64,000 nt of DNA from Octopus sinensis (taxonomy: Eukaryota), in NCBI RefSeq assembly GCF_006345805.1, contig NC_043010.1:34720001-34784000 (forward strand), written 5' to 3'. The notes below the pieces were generated by a model. It worked only from the letters and a program-made list of their open reading frames with translations, did not search any database and was not told the DNA's origin. Positions 63,391-64,000 of this stretch are shown here, one piece after another. The stretch's first letter is position 1. Every line of letters begins with the position of its first letter. A program made the position numbers and the translations under genes.

Positions 63391-64000
63391 GCAGCTGGCA
63401 TTTTTTCACTCTTCCTTCTTCCATCTCTCACTCTCTCTATATATGGGTGTGTTTGTGTGTAATTTATCTCAGAAAATAGAACATTAACATCGATTTCCTG
63501 TGTGACTTGCAATTTTCAAGGTGACAGTGCAGTGCATTGTTTTAATGAGTTTTAAACAAAGAACAAACTTTATCTCAATGATCAAACTCTGATTTTTCTA
63601 TTCCCATTCAAATTTAATATTTGTGGGTGTGAGAGAGAGAAAAGACTAAATTTTACAGATTTTAATTTATTCTGATAATGATGATGATGATGATAATAAT
63701 AATAATAATCCTTTCTATTATAGAAAAAGAATAGAAGTGGGTAGGTGGGTGAGTGGTTTGCAAGTAGGATGAGGGGGGGGGGAGGTAGACTGCCAACATG
63801 GATAGGGTTGAAGGGTGGATGTAACAAGAACTATGAAGTGAGAAAAGGGGAAGAGGCATAGAGGGTGGACAGTGCATAGAGGGTGGACGAGAATCACTGT
63901 ATTGGGTGGTGAACCCAAAACATAGCATTTCCCATGTGTGTGTGTGCATGCATTAGTATTACTACTGATTTCAAATTTTGGCACAAGGCCAGCAATTTTG

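Overview
AT-rich, microsatellite- and SINE-dense animal genomic DNA. The repeat landscape points to a coleoid cephalopod, most likely Octopus (inference). It contains two convergent spliced genes. One is a two-coding-exon class A (rhodopsin-type) peptide-receptor-like GPCR on + (8428-8813, 9926-10643; about 367 aa). The other is the 3' part of a RUN-and-SH3-domain gene (RUSC1/RUSC2-iporin family) on -, with seven phase-consistent exons between 59507 and 39248. The rest is SINEs, RTE and R4/Dong-type LINE fragments, mariner/maT fragments, MITEs, a non-autonomous Helitron and simple repeats. The most striking element sits in a RUSC intron at 52853-54582: a non-coding, near-identical ~533-bp unit repeated in tandem and in inverted orientation, each full unit carrying an intact type I hammerhead ribozyme. 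This is a retrozyme / Penelope-like pseudo-LTR array that could release ~534-nt self-cleaved, possibly circular RNAs. Several shorter fold-back elements, mostly in (TA)n tracts, share its tail-plus-inverted-arm design, and four other sites carry minimal or decayed hammerheads. Nearly all other ORFs in the supplied track are microsatellite or antisense artefacts.
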